From: Bdellovibrionia bacterium
Lineage (GTDB): Bacteria > Bdellovibrionota > UBA1018
NCBI GenBank assembly: GCA_045805065.1
Contig: JBJMMA010000184.1
Location: 1-28,269 of the forward strand
Direction: 5' to 3'
Length of the DNA: 28,269 nucleotides
Under the pieces are notes generated by a model, which worked only from the letters and a program-made list of their open reading frames with translations, did not search any database and was not told the origin of the DNA. A program made the position numbers and the translations under genes. The stretch's first letter is position 1; the number at the start of each line of letters is the position of its first letter. This document shows, piece after piece, positions 25,928-28,269 of this stretch.

Positions 25928-27315
25928 ACTTCACCTGGGATCAGGAAAAAGCGCTCAGAAAAATCTCCTCCTGCCAGCCTTATCTTGAGGCAGGCAAGAT
26001 CAAGAAGTCTCGCGGGCTTGTCTTTGAGGCTCATCTTCCAGGTGCAGCCGTGGGAAGTCTTTGTCGCATCTTGAACGGCAAGGATATTCGCTCAGGTGAG
26101 GGGATTGATGCCGAGGTCGTGGGCTTTAACGACAAGCGTGTTGTCCTGATGCCTTATGCTGACGCTGTGGGCGTCAGCAATGATAGTCTGGTCGTTCTTC
26201 GCCGCGCGAAATCCACCATTCCTGTCGCCAACTGTCTTCTCGGTCGCGTTCTTGACGGACTTGGAAATCCGATCGATGGCAAGGGTCCTTTGTTTCCTGA
26301 AGGAACTGTGACGGCTGAGCGCAATCTCTATGATCTTCCGACGCATCCGTTGGAGCGTGAGGTGATTCGCGAGCCTCTCGATCTGGGAGTGAGAGCGATT
26401 AACGGTCTTTTGACGACCGGCAAGGGCCAGCGCGTGGGGATTATGGCAGGCTCGGGCGTCGGTAAGTCAGTTCTTCTCGGGATGATGGCTCGTCACACGA
26501 GCGCCGACGTGAACGTCATCGCACTGATTGGCGAGCGTGGTCGAGAGGTCCGCGAATTCATTGAACGCGATTTGGGACCTGAAGGACTCAAGCGATCCGT
26601 CGTGATCGTCTCGACCTCCGATAAATCTCCGCTTCTTCGGATGCGGGGAGCTTTTCTGGGAACAACGATTGCTGAGTTTTTCCGCGATCAGGGAAAAGAC
26701 GTTTTGCTCCTCATGGATTCTGTCACGCGTTTTTGCATGGCTCAGCGTGAAATCGGTCTTTCGATGGGTGAGCCTCCTGCATCCAAGGGTTATACCCCGA
26801 GCGTGTTTGCGCTCTTGCCAAAACTTCTGGAGAGAGCCGGAATGGCTCCCTCGCAGGGAAGTATCACGGGTCTTTACACCGTGTTGGCTGATGGTGATGA
26901 CATGGATGATCCGGTCGTTGACTCGGCTCGTTCGATTCTCGATGGACATATCGTTTTGTCTCGAAAAATCGCGCAGAAAAACCATTTCCCGGCCATTGAT
27001 GTTCTCTCGAGCGCAAGCCGCGTGATGCGCTCTGTGATCACAAAGGATCACGTCGGCTGGGCCGGAAACATCCGGGAATGGATGGCGACCTATGCTCAGG
27101 CAGAAGACCTGATCAATATCGGCGCCTACGTCCGTGGAACCAATCCCAAGATTGACCAGGCTGTTGCAGTCATGGATCGCATCAATGCGTTTTTGCGCCA
27201 GGGCGTCGATGAGCATTCCAATTTCTCGGATGCTGTCGGTCAAATGCACGCGATTGTCCGCAGTGCGGAAGCGTTTCTGGCCTCTGCACAAGCCGGACAG
27301 CAGGGCAGGCGCTAG
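25924..27315 (+). CDS. fliI: Flagellar export ATPase FliI
   Basis: AGSGVGKS, LIGERGREV, MDSVTRF.MAQREIGL, DGHIVLSR, FPAIDVL.S.SRVM. Confidence 0.98.
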   Translation: MNFTWDQEKALRKISSCQPYLEAGKIKKSRGLVFEAHLPGAAVGSLCRILNGKDIRSGEGIDAEVVGFNDKRVVLMPYADAVGVSNDSLVVLRRAKSTIPVANCLLGRVLDGLGNPIDGKGPLFPEGTVTAERNLYDLPTHPLEREVIREPLDLGVRAINGLLTTGKGQRVGIMAGSGVGKSVLLGMMARHTSADVNVIALIGERGREVREFIERDLGPEGLKRSVVIVSTSDKSPLLRMRGAFLGTTIAEFFRDQGKDVLLLMDSVTRFCMAQREIGLSMGEPPASKGYTPSVFALLPKLLERAGMAPSQGSITGLYTVLADGDDMDDPVVDSARSILDGHIVLSRKIAQKNHFPAIDVLSSASRVMRSVITKDHVGWAGNIREWMATYAQAEDLINIGAYVRGTNPKIDQAVAVMDRINAFLRQGVDEHSNFSDAVGQMHAIVRSAEAFLASAQAGQQGRR

Positions 27316-27442
27316 TCCGAAGTTGCCTACCTTGGGCAGGAAATGCCCAAAAACGCGGCAAAACATTCAGTCTATTTTTTTAAAACGGAATGGTTGAAAA
27401 TTTTTATAGAAGGACGCCTCAAGTTTTAGAAGGCGATAACCG

Positions 27443-27934
27443 ATGCGCAAGTTTCGTTTCAAATTCGCAACTCTCCTGAAGCAGCGTAAGTCTCGCGAAG
27501 AGACCGCTATGCGCCAGCTTGCGGAAGCGCAACGTGTTTACCAGCTCGGACTCGCGACAAAAGCTGAACTTGAGAGGACGCTTGAAAAAGCGCTCGTTCG
27601 CCGCGAAATGCTCGGTCAGTCTCCAGTGACCATTACTGCATTTTTGATGGAGCAGGACTACATCATCGGAACGAAGCAAAGAATCGTTCAGGCTCAACAA
27701 GGAATTGTTCGCGCGACTCGCGGAGTAGAGAAGGCACTCCGCACTTACCTTGAGTGCCGTCGTCAGACCAAGATGATGGAAACTCTTTACGAGAAGCATT
27801 ACGAGGAATTCAAGCGCGAGAGATCGAAAAAAGAAGCAAAGGCGATGGAAGATTTCGCTGTCATGCGCTCACGCCTCAACGACGACAACTCTGAAGGCCA
27901 GGAAGGCGAGCCAGAAGGTGAGAAAATAGCATGA
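27443..27934 (+). CDS. fliJ: Flagellar export protein FliJ
   Basis: FRFKFATLLKQRKSREE N-terminus, coiled-coil character, follows fliI. Confidence 0.9.
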   Translation: MRKFRFKFATLLKQRKSREETAMRQLAEAQRVYQLGLATKAELERTLEKALVRREMLGQSPVTITAFLMEQDYIIGTKQRIVQAQQGIVRATRGVEKALRTYLECRRQTKMMETLYEKHYEEFKRERSKKEAKAMEDFAVMRSRLNDDNSEGQEGEPEGEKIA

Positions 27935-28269
27935 GCTCGAAGCTTCGCATTCTTACCGGCCTTGCCACCCTGATGTTTGTCGTTGGACTTGTTTACGGCG
28001 CCATGAGCGGAAGTTTCGCGCTCAACGCAACGGCTGACGAAACTTCCTCTTTTGGCAGCAGCGAAGCCTCGGATCAGGCGTCTTCCGGCTCACGTGAGAG
28101 TGGGGCATGCCTGAGCGATCCTTCGGTTCTCGATGAAATCCGCGCTCAACGCGAAAGCCTGGCCAAGGCTCAAAAAGAGCTTGCTGCCAAGGAGCAAGAG
28201 CTCAAGGATCGCGAGAAGGCGCTGGCCGAAGAGATCAAGAAGGTTCAAGCGATCCGCGATGACATCAAT
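27931..28269 (+). CDS. MotE/FlbB-like flagellar protein (3'-truncated by the window; not in ORF track)
   Basis: ATG overlaps the fliJ stop; MSSKLRILTGLATLMFVVGLVYG (TM), Ser-rich linker, coiled coil; open to the window end; position after fliJ is typical of this family. Confidence 0.65.
   Translation, partial: MSSKLRILTGLATLMFVVGLVYGAMSGSFALNATADETSSFGSSEASDQASSGSRESGACLSDPSVLDEIRAQRESLAKAQKELAAKEQELKDREKALAEEIKKVQAIRDDIN

Noticed and set aside
27419..27446. Sigma28-like TCAAG-N15-ACCGAT
   Set aside because: The -10 element overlaps the fliJ start codon, so it could not transcribe fliJ; the match is imperfect.
1..28269. CRISPR arrays, tRNA/rRNA, transposases, integrases, prophage or defence genes
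   Set aside because: No repeat-spacer periodicity or diagnostic motifs were seen, and nearly all sequence is explained by the listed genes.

Overview
Chromosomal region of a flagellated Gram-negative bacterium; gene content and order suggest Bdellovibrionota/Oligoflexia or another deltaproteobacteria-like lineage (inference). In order: (1) the 3' end of a repeat protein; (2) a minimal, split Tad-pilus locus with an apparent TadB-TadC fusion on +, and an RcpA/CpaC secretin, a short TadA/CpaF ATPase and a tocopherol-cyclase/AttH-like gene on -; (3) a structured intergenic region, then a 41-aa very basic ORF missing from the ORF track, then metK; (4) a zinc-metalloprotease lipoprotein; (5) a receiver-less FleQ-like sigma54 activator; (6) a three-gene operon of a membrane-anchored helical protein and two tandem paralogous secreted HExxHxxGxxH proteins; (7) a hotdog thioesterase; (8) a lipoprotein-mlaE-mlaF-mlaD operon; (9) a sigma54-driven flagellar cluster: large TPR protein, receiver-less FlrC-like activator, flgB, flgC, fliE, fliF, fliG, fliH, fliI, fliJ and a partial motE-like gene. 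No rRNA, tRNA, CRISPR or mobile element was seen. The best leads are the small basic protein and its structured leader, the fused/minimal Tad system, the metzincin operon, and a recurring GGCA-N5-TGCC-like motif plus CsrA-type hairpins at the flagellar promoters. All family calls come from motif recognition by eye, not database searches.
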